Origin: Gemmatimonadales bacterium
GTDB taxonomy: Bacteria; Gemmatimonadota; Gemmatimonadetes; Gemmatimonadales; GWC2-71-9
Length of the DNA: 46,612 nucleotides
Direction of reading: 5' to 3'
Assembly (NCBI GenBank): GCA_035266665.1
Contig: DATFMZ010000156.1
Span: 1-46,612, forward strand
Part shown: piece after piece, positions 9,799 to 18,015 of the stretch
Numbering within the stretch: position 1 is the first letter of the stretch
Layout of the letters: each line of letters starts with the position of its first letter
Made by a program: the position numbers and the translations under genes
The notes under the pieces: generated by a model
The model's database searches: none
The model's input: only the letters and a program-made list of their open reading frames with translations
Told to the model about the DNA's origin: nothing

Positions 9799-10737
9799 AT
9801 GGCTCAAGAAGATCTCACCGGTCGCACTATCGCGTCCTACCACCTCCTGGAGCGCGTCGGCGAGGGAGGGACCGCGACGGTCTATCGCGCCGAGCATTCG
9901 GAGCGCGGTAACTGCGCCGTCAAGATCCTACACCAGCGCTCGCGAAACGACGCCACGGCCGTCAAGCGCTTTCTCCGTGAGGCGGGCTACGGCTCTCGTG
10001 TCGTGGACCCGCACGTCGTACGGACGTACGACTACGGCGAGGAAGACGGGCTGTACTACCTGGCGCTCGAGTGGGCCGAGGGCGAGATCCTGGCCGAGTT
10101 CGCGGAGCGCTCCGGGCCCCTCCCACCCAAGACGGTGAGCGCGATCGTCTCGCAGCTCGCCAGCGCCCTGGGCGCGGCGCATGCGGCCGGGATCATTCAT
10201 CGCGATCTCAAGCCAGAGAACATCATCTACAATCCCGCGACCGGGGACGTGAAGCTCCTCGATTTCGGCATCGCGCGCGACGCGCAGCAGGATCCGTCCG
10301 AGCGCCTCACCCGCACCGGATTCTTCGTGGGCAGCCTCAACTACGTGGCTCCCGAAGCCCTCTCGGGCGCGCTGGTGGATGAGAAGGCGGACATCTACAG
10401 CCTCGCGACCATCGCCTACTACCTGCTGAGCGGCCGCCATCCCCACGGTGGACGTTCACCCCGGGAGATCTTCCAGCAGCTGCTGAACGAGGATGCCACG
10501 CCGCTGAACGACAGCGCCGTCGGCATACGGTTCAACCCGCAGCTCGAAGCGGCGGTCATGAAGAGTCTCTCGCGTGACCCGGCGCAGCGACACCCCACCG
10601 TGAAGGCGTTTGCCGATGCGCTGGCCGCCACCGCGTCGCTCCCCGCGAACGCGCCCGGCAAGGCCACCGACAGCGGCGGTGGCGGGTCTGGGGTGGGCGG
10701 CCTGTTCGGCGCCATCTTCAAACGGAAAAAGAAGTAG
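9799..10737 (+). CDS. Ser/Thr protein kinase (kinase domain plus short basic tail)
   Basis: Hanks-type motifs: GEGGTATVY..AVK, HRDLKPENI, DFGIA, APE. 312 aa, with no TM or sensor domain. Confidence 0.9.
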   Translation: MAQEDLTGRTIASYHLLERVGEGGTATVYRAEHSERGNCAVKILHQRSRNDATAVKRFLREAGYGSRVVDPHVVRTYDYGEEDGLYYLALEWAEGEILAEFAERSGPLPPKTVSAIVSQLASALGAAHAAGIIHRDLKPENIIYNPATGDVKLLDFGIARDAQQDPSERLTRTGFFVGSLNYVAPEALSGALVDEKADIYSLATIAYYLLSGRHPHGGRSPREIFQQLLNEDATPLNDSAVGIRFNPQLEAAVMKSLSRDPAQRHPTVKAFADALAATASLPANAPGKATDSGGGGSGVGGLFGAIFKRKKK

Positions 10738-10759
10738 TAGTAGCTACAACTACCCACCG

Positions 10760-11329
10760 ATGGCCGAACAAATCGACTCTGCCGCCCACGCTGAGCTGGT
10801 CGAGCTCCTGATCGCGCGCTCCTTCCGGCGCGGGCAGTTCACCTTGGCTTCGGGCCGCACATCCTCGTACTACGTCGACGCGCGCCCGACCACGATGTCC
10901 GCCCGTGGGCTGTTCCTGGTGGGACGCCTCGGGCTCGCCACGGTTCGCGGTGCCGACTGGGAGGCGACGTCGATCGGCGGCCTCACGCTCGGCGCGGATC
11001 CCGTGGCGTATGCCGTGGCGCGCGCGAGCGTAGATGCGCCGCCCGTCCTCGACGCGTTCACCGTGCGGAAGGCCGCCAAGACACATGGTACCGGCCGCCG
11101 CATCGAGGGTGTCTTTGCCGCGGGCTCGCGTGTGGTGATTGCGGAAGACGTCATCACGACCGGCAGCTCCGCGCTCGAGGCCGTCCGCGCCGTACGCGAG
11201 GGCGAGGCCACCGTCGTCGGCATTCTCGCGGTCGTGGACCGTGAGGAAGGCGGCCGGGACGCCCTCGAAGCCGAGGGTCTCGAGGTCCGCGCCCTCGTCC
11301 GCCTCAGCGAGCTCACCGCCTCCGCCTGA
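10760..11329 (+). CDS. pyrE: orotate phosphoribosyltransferase
   Basis: The 189-aa product starts at ATG 10760 (MAEQIDS...). Motifs are RGQFTLASGRTSSYYVDAR and the PRPP-binding loop VVIAEDVITTGSS. The track ORF start at 10610 is an upstream extension that overlaps the kinase gene. Confidence 0.9.
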   Translation: MAEQIDSAAHAELVELLIARSFRRGQFTLASGRTSSYYVDARPTTMSARGLFLVGRLGLATVRGADWEATSIGGLTLGADPVAYAVARASVDAPPVLDAFTVRKAAKTHGTGRRIEGVFAAGSRVVIAEDVITTGSSALEAVRAVREGEATVVGILAVVDREEGGRDALEAEGLEVRALVRLSELTASA

Positions 11330-11347
11330 CCCCCTCCCGGTTCTTTC

Positions 11348-12214
11348 TCACCCGCGGTGTCCGAGGTCCGCGATCCCGTTGCGATTGAACGGGTGGAAGG
11401 ATCGAAAGGTGCTCCGGAAGGGGGTGATCAGGCGGCGCACGAAGTCCTCGAGGGCGTCGGCGAACGTAAAGCGGCGCCGGAATTCACTCGCCGTCATTCC
11501 CACGACGGCGCGAAGATGCCGGCCGAAGCTCTGCGGCGAGGAATACTCCAGGCGGTAGGCGACGTCGGAGATCGACAGACCGCGGGTCTCGAAGAGCGCC
11601 GCGGCATGCACGATGCGCGCCCGGGCGAGATAGCGCTTGGGAGACGGGAGTCCCGCCCGAAAAAATCGTGACATCATGGTGCTGGGCCGGATCTCGAGCC
11701 GCGCGGCGAGTCTCCGCACGGTCGTGGTCCCGGGAGCGAGCCGGATGAGCGCCTCGAAGAACGTGCGGGCGCCTGGCGAGGGGGCGCCCAGCGCGGGAAT
11801 CACGCGCGCGAGCATGGTGGCCGTCTGAGGCGATCCCGGTTGGCCCACGAGCTCGCGCAGATGCCGCCACCCATCCCGCTCGGACAGATCCACCATGCGC
11901 CTGACACCGCTCGCGCCGAGCGCGAGGAGCCGCGCGCTTTCCGCGGGGCCGTGCCGTGAGACCACGGCCACCGTGGGCACGCCGGGGAATCCCGCGACCA
12001 ACGACGCCACGCCGGGCATCGCGTCCGGAGGCAGATAGCTTGGGGAGACCAGCACGGCGTGGACGGGACGCTCACGCACGGCCCGGATCAATTCCGGAAC
12101 GCTGTCGGTATGGAGGGCCGCGAAACACCCCTCGCCGGCGGCTTCGAGGCGCGAGCGCTCCAACGGCTCCATGACGGTGGCGACGGTCGGGGTCGGATCG
12201 ATGTTGAGCATCAC
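11348..12214 (-). CDS. AraC-family transcriptional regulator with a receiver-like N-terminal domain
   Basis: The C-terminal AraC-type double HTH is RLAARLEIRPSTMMSRFFRAGLPSPKRYL...ISDVAYRLEYSSPQSFGRHLRAVVGMTASEFRR. The N-terminal ~120 aa have a CheY-like alternating pattern. Confidence 0.85.
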   Translation of the reverse strand: MMLNIDPTPTVATVMEPLERSRLEAAGEGCFAALHTDSVPELIRAVRERPVHAVLVSPSYLPPDAMPGVASLVAGFPGVPTVAVVSRHGPAESARLLALGASGVRRMVDLSERDGWRHLRELVGQPGSPQTATMLARVIPALGAPSPGARTFFEALIRLAPGTTTVRRLAARLEIRPSTMMSRFFRAGLPSPKRYLARARIVHAAALFETRGLSISDVAYRLEYSSPQSFGRHLRAVVGMTASEFRRRFTFADALEDFVRRLITPFRSTFRSFHPFNRNGIADLGHRG

Positions 12215-12354
12215 ATACTCCTCTGGCGGCCACGTGCACGATGGCCCCGCGCGGTCAAACCTCGCTCAACGGCGCCACCCTGGACATCAACGGTGGACGC
12301 GCTCCCAAGGCGCTGTTTCTCCCGATGGGGATCGGCTATCTTCCGGGGTGGGAC

Positions 12355-12716
12355 GGCCAGGGGTGGGGCGCGACGATCGCGATTCTCACGAGAATCGAGG
12401 AAAGTCCGAGCTCCAACGGGCAGACTGCCAGGTAACGCCTGGGCGCCGCGAGGCGACGGACAGGGCCACAGAAAACAAACCGCCCGCTTCGGCGGGTAAG
12501 GGTGAAATGGTGGGGTAAGAGCCCACCGCACCGCTGGCAACAGTCGGTGGCACGGCAACCCCCAGTCGGAGCAAGGCCAAATAGGCGGCGAGGTCCGGCC
12601 CGGACCATCTGAGCCGCGGGTAGGCCGCTAGAGGTGGCGGGCGACCGCCATCCCAGAGAGATGATCGTCCCGCCGCGAGGCGGAACAGAACTCGGCTTAC
12701 GGCCCCACCCTTCCGA
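12355..12716 (+). ncRNA. rnpB: RNase P RNA, bacterial type A
   Basis: Conserved blocks are GAGGAAAGTCCGAGCTCC, GGTAACGCCTGGG, AGGGTGAAATGGTGGGGTAAGAGCCCACCG and ACAGAACTCGGCTTAC. The P1 stem pairs AGGGGTGGGGC (12359-12369) with GCCCCACCCTT (12702-12712). The ends are approximate to +/-5 nt. Confidence 0.92.
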
Positions 12717-12748
12717 TCCCCACGACCCTCCGATGCGAAAGGACCGTC

Positions 12749-13564
12749 ATGCGTCTCGCCGGACTCGCTCTGGGCCTGCTCGCCGCAGCGTGCGGCGGTA
12801 CGAGTACGCACCACACCGCACCGGCGCCGGAGAAAGCGTCGCGCGTCACCTATGCTCCCCAAACCGCGCGGTATCATGCCGCTCAACACCGACACGTCGT
12901 GCAGGAACTGAGCGGCACTCCTCGCACGAGCGACGTCGTCTCGCACCTCTGGATCTCGAGCACGATCACGCGGGGGGACTCCGGGCTGCATGCGGCACTC
13001 GTGATCGATTCCCTGCAGATCACGTCCACCGCGATCCCGATGCCACCAAACCTCGACGCCATCAAGGGCGCGACGTTCACCGGAACGATGGAGCCAACCG
13101 GGGCATTGCGTGACTTCACCGGGCCCGATTGGCCGCCGCTCGTCACGCAGCTCGCCGCCGGCTTTCGCACCTTCTATCCGCGGATCCCCGCGGCCGGCGC
13201 CGTGGCAGATACCGAATGGTCCGATAGCACCTCGATGCCGCTCAACGCCAACGGGGTCACGGGAACGGTGACGTCGTCCAACGCGCATCGCGCGACCGGA
13301 TGGGCGCAGTACGCCGGACAACGCGCGCTCGCCATCGAGACCGTCGCGCACTACACGCTGAAGGGCACGGGCAGCCCGGGTGGACAAGATCTCTCCCTGG
13401 AGGGCTCCGGGATCCGGCGCAGCACCCAGTATCTCTCGGCATCGGGAGTCTATCTCGGGGCGATCGGCACGGATTCGCTGTCGTATACGCTCGCGTTGAT
13501 GCAGTCCGGCATGAGCATTCCCGGGACGCAGGAGTCGGCGGACACTCTCACGATGATCCCGTAA
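12749..13564 (+). CDS. hypothetical lipoprotein
   Basis: 271-aa ORF with signal peptide and lipobox (LGLLAAACGG). No recognisable catalytic motifs. Its stop codon directly abuts the next gene's start. Confidence 0.6.
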   Translation: MRLAGLALGLLAAACGGTSTHHTAPAPEKASRVTYAPQTARYHAAQHRHVVQELSGTPRTSDVVSHLWISSTITRGDSGLHAALVIDSLQITSTAIPMPPNLDAIKGATFTGTMEPTGALRDFTGPDWPPLVTQLAAGFRTFYPRIPAAGAVADTEWSDSTSMPLNANGVTGTVTSSNAHRATGWAQYAGQRALAIETVAHYTLKGTGSPGGQDLSLEGSGIRRSTQYLSASGVYLGAIGTDSLSYTLALMQSGMSIPGTQESADTLTMIP

Positions 13565-14419
13565 GTGCGGGGCCTCCGCCGCATCATCCCACTCGCGAGC
13601 GCGATGCTCACCGTCGCCACGGTCGCGCACGCGCAGTTCTACCGCCCGCCGCGCTCGGCCGACTATCTCTTCGCCGCCACCGTGGAGGATGCCCGCTCCC
13701 TGTGGGTGAACCCCGCGGGGCTGGGCGTACTGAACGAAGCGTCGATCATGGGCGAGCTCGCCCTCGACCGGCTGAACGGGACGAACCTGAGCGTCTCCCA
13801 GTACACGTTCGGGTTCAACTCGCACGGCTTCGCGCTCGCGCTCCGGCACGACTATTACTCGGGCTCGAACGGCGTCACCGCGTTCCGCGTGGGCGCGGGC
13901 CGCGGCGTGGGGAACCTCGCCCTCGGCGCCGCGTTCACCGTCTATCGGCAGGGCCCGGATCAGCGGGAGCTCACGATCGGCACGCGCGTGCTCCTGGCCA
14001 CGGGGCTGCAGCTGGGTGCCGTGATCGATCACATCTTCGCCCCCCGCGTGCGCGGGCAGCGATTGAATCCCGAGGGCGTGCTCGGTCTCGGATGGACCCC
14101 GCCCATCAGTGGACGGCTCGACCTCACCGCAGAGGTGCATGCGGCGGAGCGCGATTCGGCGTCGGGCTACGACGTGCGCTACCGGACAGGCCTACACTAC
14201 CGCACCCCTGGACGGTTTCCCGTCGGAGTGATCGCCGCACTCGATCTCACCAACCACCTGAACGTCTCGCGCGTGGTCTTCGGGTTGAGCTTGGGAGGGT
14301 TGAATCGGGGAATCGCGGTGGGATCGGCGCAGAAGGTTGCCGGTCAGACCGAGCTCACGACCCTGAGTGTGACGGGCATCGCAACCGCGCTCCAACCCCG
14401 CGGCCGCTTCGGCTACTAG
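13565..14419 (+). CDS. putative outer-membrane beta-barrel protein
   Basis: 284 aa. The GTG start immediately follows the preceding TAA. Signal peptide ends ...TVATVAHAQ. The N-terminal DARSLWVNPAGLG motif is like PorV/FadL-type barrels. Alternating beta-strand pattern, ending ...PRGRFGY. Confidence 0.6.
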   Translation: MRGLRRIIPLASAMLTVATVAHAQFYRPPRSADYLFAATVEDARSLWVNPAGLGVLNEASIMGELALDRLNGTNLSVSQYTFGFNSHGFALALRHDYYSGSNGVTAFRVGAGRGVGNLALGAAFTVYRQGPDQRELTIGTRVLLATGLQLGAVIDHIFAPRVRGQRLNPEGVLGLGWTPPISGRLDLTAEVHAAERDSASGYDVRYRTGLHYRTPGRFPVGVIAALDLTNHLNVSRVVFGLSLGGLNRGIAVGSAQKVAGQTELTTLSVTGIATALQPRGRFGY

Positions 14420-14434
14420 TCCGCTCCGGCGGCG

Positions 14435-15544
14435 TCAGTCCACGAGCCGGAGCGGCATCACCAAGCACAGGTACGACGCGGGATCGTCCCACCCCGCGGG
14501 CTCCACGGTGGCTGCGCGCTCGGGCGCCTTCATCGTCAGGCGCACCTCGTCGGTGGGCATGAACTTCAGGATTTCCAGCAGATAGGTGGCGTTGAAGCCG
14601 ATCTCCACGGGATCGCCGTCGTACTGGACGGCCATCTCGTCCTGCGCCTCGCCCAGGTCGGGCGTATTCACCGTGAACTTCACGGTGCCGCTGGTGAATG
14701 CGAGGCGGACACGATGGGTCTGGTCGCTCGCCACCACGCCGACGCGCCGGAGCGCCGACGCGAACGCCTGCTTGTCGAGTGTCGCGTTCTTGTCGTTCTC
14801 CCGCGGAATCACCTGCTCGTAGTTCGGATACGGCCCCTCGATGAGCCGGGTGAAGACGACCGTCTGGCCGGAGCGGAAGCCCAGGTGGTTGTCGCTCTTG
14901 GCGATCTCGAGCTCGTCACCGCTGCCGAAGAGACGCCGGATCTGCTCGAGCGCCTTCGGCGGGACGATGAGGTCCGCCGACGTCGGTGCCCCGCTGATCC
15001 CCACGTCCATCTTGGCCAGGCGGTGGCCGTTGGTGGCGACCATCCGCATCCGGTCCTTCCGGAGCTCCCACAGCACGCCGTTCAGGATCGGGCGGCTCTC
15101 CTCGGTGCTCGCGGCGAAGGCCACGTGCCCGATCAGCTTCTGGAGATCGGCTGAGCTCACCTTCCAGGGCTTCTCGAAGCTCACGGGCGGGAAGTTCGGG
15201 AACTCGTCGCGCGGGATGCCGAGCAGCTTGAAGCGCGAACGGCCGCACTCGAGGTTCACCCGCTGCTCGCCGGCCCCGGTCACCCGGATGGCGGCACTCG
15301 GCAGCTCGCGCACGATCTCGACGAGCTTCTTGGCCGGAAGGGTCACAGCCCCCTCGGTGTCGACCTCCGCGGGCACCACGGTGCTTACCGCGATGTCCAG
15401 ATCGGTGCCGGAGAGGCGAATGCCGCCTTTCACGGCCTCGACGAGGATATTCGACAGGACCGGCAGCGTGGTCTTCGTCGGTACGCTCGCGGCGACGGCG
15501 AAGAGGCCCTCATGCAGCTTCTCACGTGTGATCGTGAACTTCAT
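14435..15544 (-). CDS. dnaN: DNA polymerase III beta sliding clamp
   Basis: 369 aa, MKFTITREKLHEGL...TTLPVLSNILVEA, with the typical three-domain length. It lies directly downstream of dnaA. Confidence 0.97.
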   Translation of the reverse strand: MKFTITREKLHEGLFAVAASVPTKTTLPVLSNILVEAVKGGIRLSGTDLDIAVSTVVPAEVDTEGAVTLPAKKLVEIVRELPSAAIRVTGAGEQRVNLECGRSRFKLLGIPRDEFPNFPPVSFEKPWKVSSADLQKLIGHVAFAASTEESRPILNGVLWELRKDRMRMVATNGHRLAKMDVGISGAPTSADLIVPPKALEQIRRLFGSGDELEIAKSDNHLGFRSGQTVVFTRLIEGPYPNYEQVIPRENDKNATLDKQAFASALRRVGVVASDQTHRVRLAFTSGTVKFTVNTPDLGEAQDEMAVQYDGDPVEIGFNATYLLEILKFMPTDEVRLTMKAPERAATVEPAGWDDPASYLCLVMPLRLVD

Positions 15545-15778
15545 GCCGATCCCTACGCAGGTGGATAAATAAAATACTGCGGTACTAGTATATAACTCCA
15601 GACGTCGTAGTAGGGTGTCTGGAAACCTTGAAGCCTGCCGTAATCGCTTGCGACGCCTGCGCCAACAGCGTTGCGAGCGTGTTGGAACGCGTGGACCGAA
15701 TGTGAACCGCCGTGGAGAGCGCGCCGCTTTTCCGCTGTCCCCACATTCGCCAACATAGCGATGTGGGGATGATCTGGA
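15545..15778. other. candidate chromosomal replication origin (oriC) in the dnaA-dnaN spacer
   Basis: 234-bp non-coding spacer. An AT-rich block at 15565-15596 has 8 G/C of 32 nt by hand count, in an otherwise G+C-rich window. A DnaA-box-like GGTGGATAA sits at 15560-15568 (8/9 to TGTGGATAA). Further GTGGA cores are at 15691 and 15712. A perfect 9-bp inverted pair TCCCCACAT / ATGTGGGGA lies at 15738-15746 and 15761-15769. Confidence 0.55.
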
Positions 15779-17158
15779 TTACCGCGCGGCCAACTCCCGG
15801 CGCGCCAACTCGACGCGTTCCTTGAACTGCCGGTCCGATTCCATGTCGCGCTCGACCTTGCCAAGACTATGGATCACGGTCGAGTGATCGCGCCCGCCGA
15901 ACGCCTGGCCGATCTCGACGAGCTGCATGCCGAGAAGATCGCGCGCGAGGAACATCGCCACCTGGCGGGGGACGGTGAGCGTCTTCGTGCGCGCCTTGGA
16001 GCGGAGCCCCTCGGGGGTCACCCCCCAGCGCCGTGCGACCACCTCCTGGACGCGATCCACACTCGGGACCGCGCGGCCCTGGTCCGGCGCGCTCTCACCC
16101 TGCTTGATCTTGTCGGAGAGTGCGTCGCGCGCGAGGTCGATCGAGATCTCGCGGTGCTTGAGCGAGGCATAGAGCAGGAGCTTGATGATGCAGCCCTCGA
16201 GCTCGCGGACGGAGCTCCGGACGTGCTCGGCGATGAAGCGCAGCACGTCGTCGGGGATCGTCAGCTCGAGGTGGTCCTGTTCCGCCTTTTTCCGCAAGAT
16301 CGCAATGCGGTGCTCGAGGTCCGGCTGGCCAATGTCGGCCACCATGCCCCATTCGAACCGGCTCACGAGACGGGACTCGAGCCCCGGGATCTCCTTGGGC
16401 GGGCGGTCGGAGGTGAGCACGATCTGCTTGCCGGCTTCATGGAGCGCGTTGAACGTGTGGAAGAATTCTTCCTGCGTCATTTCCTTGCCTTCGAGGAAAT
16501 GCACGTCATCGACCAGAAACATGTCGATCTCGCTCCGGTACTGCCGCCGGAATTCGGGCATCGTCCGGCCGTGGATGCCCTCGATCACTTCGTTGATGAA
16601 CTGTTCGGCACCCATGTAGGCGACGCGCGTCGCGGGCTCCCGCTCGAGGACGGCGTGCGCGATGGCCTGCATGAGGTGTGTCTTCCCGAGTCCCGTGGCG
16701 CCGTAGATGAACAGCGGATTGTACGTCTTGGCAGGGGCTTCGGCGACGGCGTGGGCTGCGGCGGCCGCGAGCTCGTTGGATTTCCCGATGACGAACGTGC
16801 TGAACAGGTAGCGCTCGTTGAGCGGGGTGGCGCGGTGCGCGTTCTGCGGCGCGGCGTCCTGACCCTGCGGCGTGACGAAGAAATCCATCTGCGGACGGCT
16901 GGCGCGCTCTTCCTGCACCTGGAAGACGACCTCGAGCGCCCGCCCGAACGTCGTCTCCGCGAGGCGGGAGAGGAGAGCCGCGTGTTTCGACGCATTCCAC
17001 TCGACCGCGAACTGATCGGGCGCCGCCACGATGAGACGACCCTCGTCGAGCGCGACCGGTTGGGCGGGCTCGAGCCAGGTGCGCACCGTTGCGTCGGGAA
17101 GCTCATGCCTCGCCTCGGCAATGAGGCGCGTCCAGGCTTCTTTAGCTGACAGGTCCAT
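15779..17158 (-). CDS. dnaA: chromosomal replication initiator protein DnaA
   Basis: The AAA+ Walker A is GATGLGKTHL, with a DnaA signature and a C-terminal DNA-binding domain (VAMFLARDLL..EIGQAFGGRDHSTVIHS). The likely start is ATG 17158 (MDLSAKEAW...). The ORF is open to 17200. Confidence 0.97.
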   Translation of the reverse strand: MDLSAKEAWTRLIAEARHELPDATVRTWLEPAQPVALDEGRLIVAAPDQFAVEWNASKHAALLSRLAETTFGRALEVVFQVQEERASRPQMDFFVTPQGQDAAPQNAHRATPLNERYLFSTFVIGKSNELAAAAAHAVAEAPAKTYNPLFIYGATGLGKTHLMQAIAHAVLEREPATRVAYMGAEQFINEVIEGIHGRTMPEFRRQYRSEIDMFLVDDVHFLEGKEMTQEEFFHTFNALHEAGKQIVLTSDRPPKEIPGLESRLVSRFEWGMVADIGQPDLEHRIAILRKKAEQDHLELTIPDDVLRFIAEHVRSSVRELEGCIIKLLLYASLKHREISIDLARDALSDKIKQGESAPDQGRAVPSVDRVQEVVARRWGVTPEGLRSKARTKTLTVPRQVAMFLARDLLGMQLVEIGQAFGGRDHSTVIHSLGKVERDMESDRQFKERVELARRELAAR

Positions 17159-17215
17159 CCGCGATTGAACTAGAGGTGGGTGGTCCGACAAGGGCGCCAC
17201 AGGTTACCGCCCGGA

Positions 17216-17224
17216 TGTGGAAAA
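17216..17224. promoter_or_regulatory. DnaA-box-like site in the dnaA/rpmH divergent promoter region
   Basis: TGTGGAAAA matches TGTGGATAA at 8/9 positions. It is followed by the palindrome GTCAACCTTGAC (17225-17236), which contains a TTGACC -35-like hexamer facing rpmH. Confidence 0.4.
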
Positions 17225-17287
17225 GTCAACCTTGACCGTCGCGGCCTTGCCCGGGTAGTTTTCTCGGCTCAACCGAGGGATCAGACG

Positions 17288-17449
17288 ATGCAACCGACAT
17301 ACCGGCCGCGCAACAAGCGGCGCATCAAGAAGCACGGATTTCGCGCGCGCATGAAGACGCGTTGGGGGCGTGCCGTGCTCAGCCGGCGCCGCAAGAAGGG
17401 CCGGAAACGGCTGGCCGTTTCGCTGCCCACCAAGCACGGAGGTGCCTGA
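17288..17449 (+). CDS. rpmH: 50S ribosomal protein L34
   Basis: [44 protein letters not shown] is the L34 signature, followed by a 9-aa tail. ATG at 17288. Confidence 0.93.
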   Translation: MQPTYRPRNKRRIKKHGFRARMKTRWGRAVLSRRRKKGRKRLAVSLPTKHGGA

Positions 17450-17790
17450 CGTCCGAGGGGCTCCCTCGGACTTGGCGCCTCACCCGCGGCACGGAACTCA
17501 AGGCGGTGCTCGAGCACGGCCGTCGCCGCCGCACTCCCCGATTCGACATTGCGTGGCGTCCGAACGAGTTAGCGCATCCGCGGCTCGGCGTCGTCGTGCC
17601 GCGCTATCGCCAGACGGCGGTCGCGCGCAACCGCTTGCGGCGCCGCGTTCGCGAGATCGCGCGCCGTCAACTGCTGCGGGAGCTGCCACCACTGGATTTC
17701 GTGATTCGGCCCCGGCCCATGGCCTACTCCGCTTCCCCCGCCGTGCTGGCGGAGGATCTCGTCCAATGGCGCGAGTCGTTGCAGCAGTAG
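17362..17790 (+). CDS. rnpA: ribonuclease P protein component
   Basis: Basic protein with [26 protein letters not shown], the RnpA RNR motif, in the conserved position after rpmH. The only canonical start (ATG 17362) gives an 88-nt overlap with rpmH. A CTG at 17446 overlapping the rpmH stop would give a typical ~114-aa product, so the start is uncertain. Confidence 0.85.
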   Translation: MGACRAQPAPQEGPETAGRFAAHQARRCLTSEGLPRTWRLTRGTELKAVLEHGRRRRTPRFDIAWRPNELAHPRLGVVVPRYRQTAVARNRLRRRVREIARRQLLRELPPLDFVIRPRPMAYSASPAVLAEDLVQWRESLQQ

Positions 17791-18005
17791 CCGCGCTGCC
17801 GCGCTACGTGGTGGTCGGCTTGATCCGCGCGTATCAGGTGGCGGCGTCACCGTTTCCCTCGCCGTGCCGCTATCAGCCGACGTGCTCGACCTATGCACTC
17901 GAAGCGGTGCGCCGCTACGGCGCGTTCAAGGGTGGGTGGCTCGGCGTGAAGCGTATCGCGCGGTGTCACCCCTTCCATGCCGGCGGGTTCGACCCCGTCC
18001 CGTGA
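17766..18005 (+). CDS. yidD: membrane protein insertion efficiency factor YidD
   Basis: 79 aa with [58 protein letters not shown] at 17766 overlaps the rnpA end by 25 nt. Confidence 0.9.
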   Translation: MARVVAAVAALPRYVVVGLIRAYQVAASPFPSPCRYQPTCSTYALEAVRRYGAFKGGWLGVKRIARCHPFHAGGFDPVP

Positions 18006-18015
18006 GGATCGGCTG

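Noticed and set aside
12327-12335. GGGGATCGG upstream of rnpB pairing with CCGATCCCC (12713-12721) as an extended P1 stem
   Set aside because: The intervening nucleotides do not pair contiguously with the confirmed P1 stem (12359-12369 with 12702-12712). It is probably coincidental in G+C-rich sequence.
12386-14140. 584-aa minus-strand ORF
   Set aside because: It runs antisense through the RNase P RNA gene and the lipoprotein/barrel genes. It has a low-complexity Arg/Gly/Glu composition.
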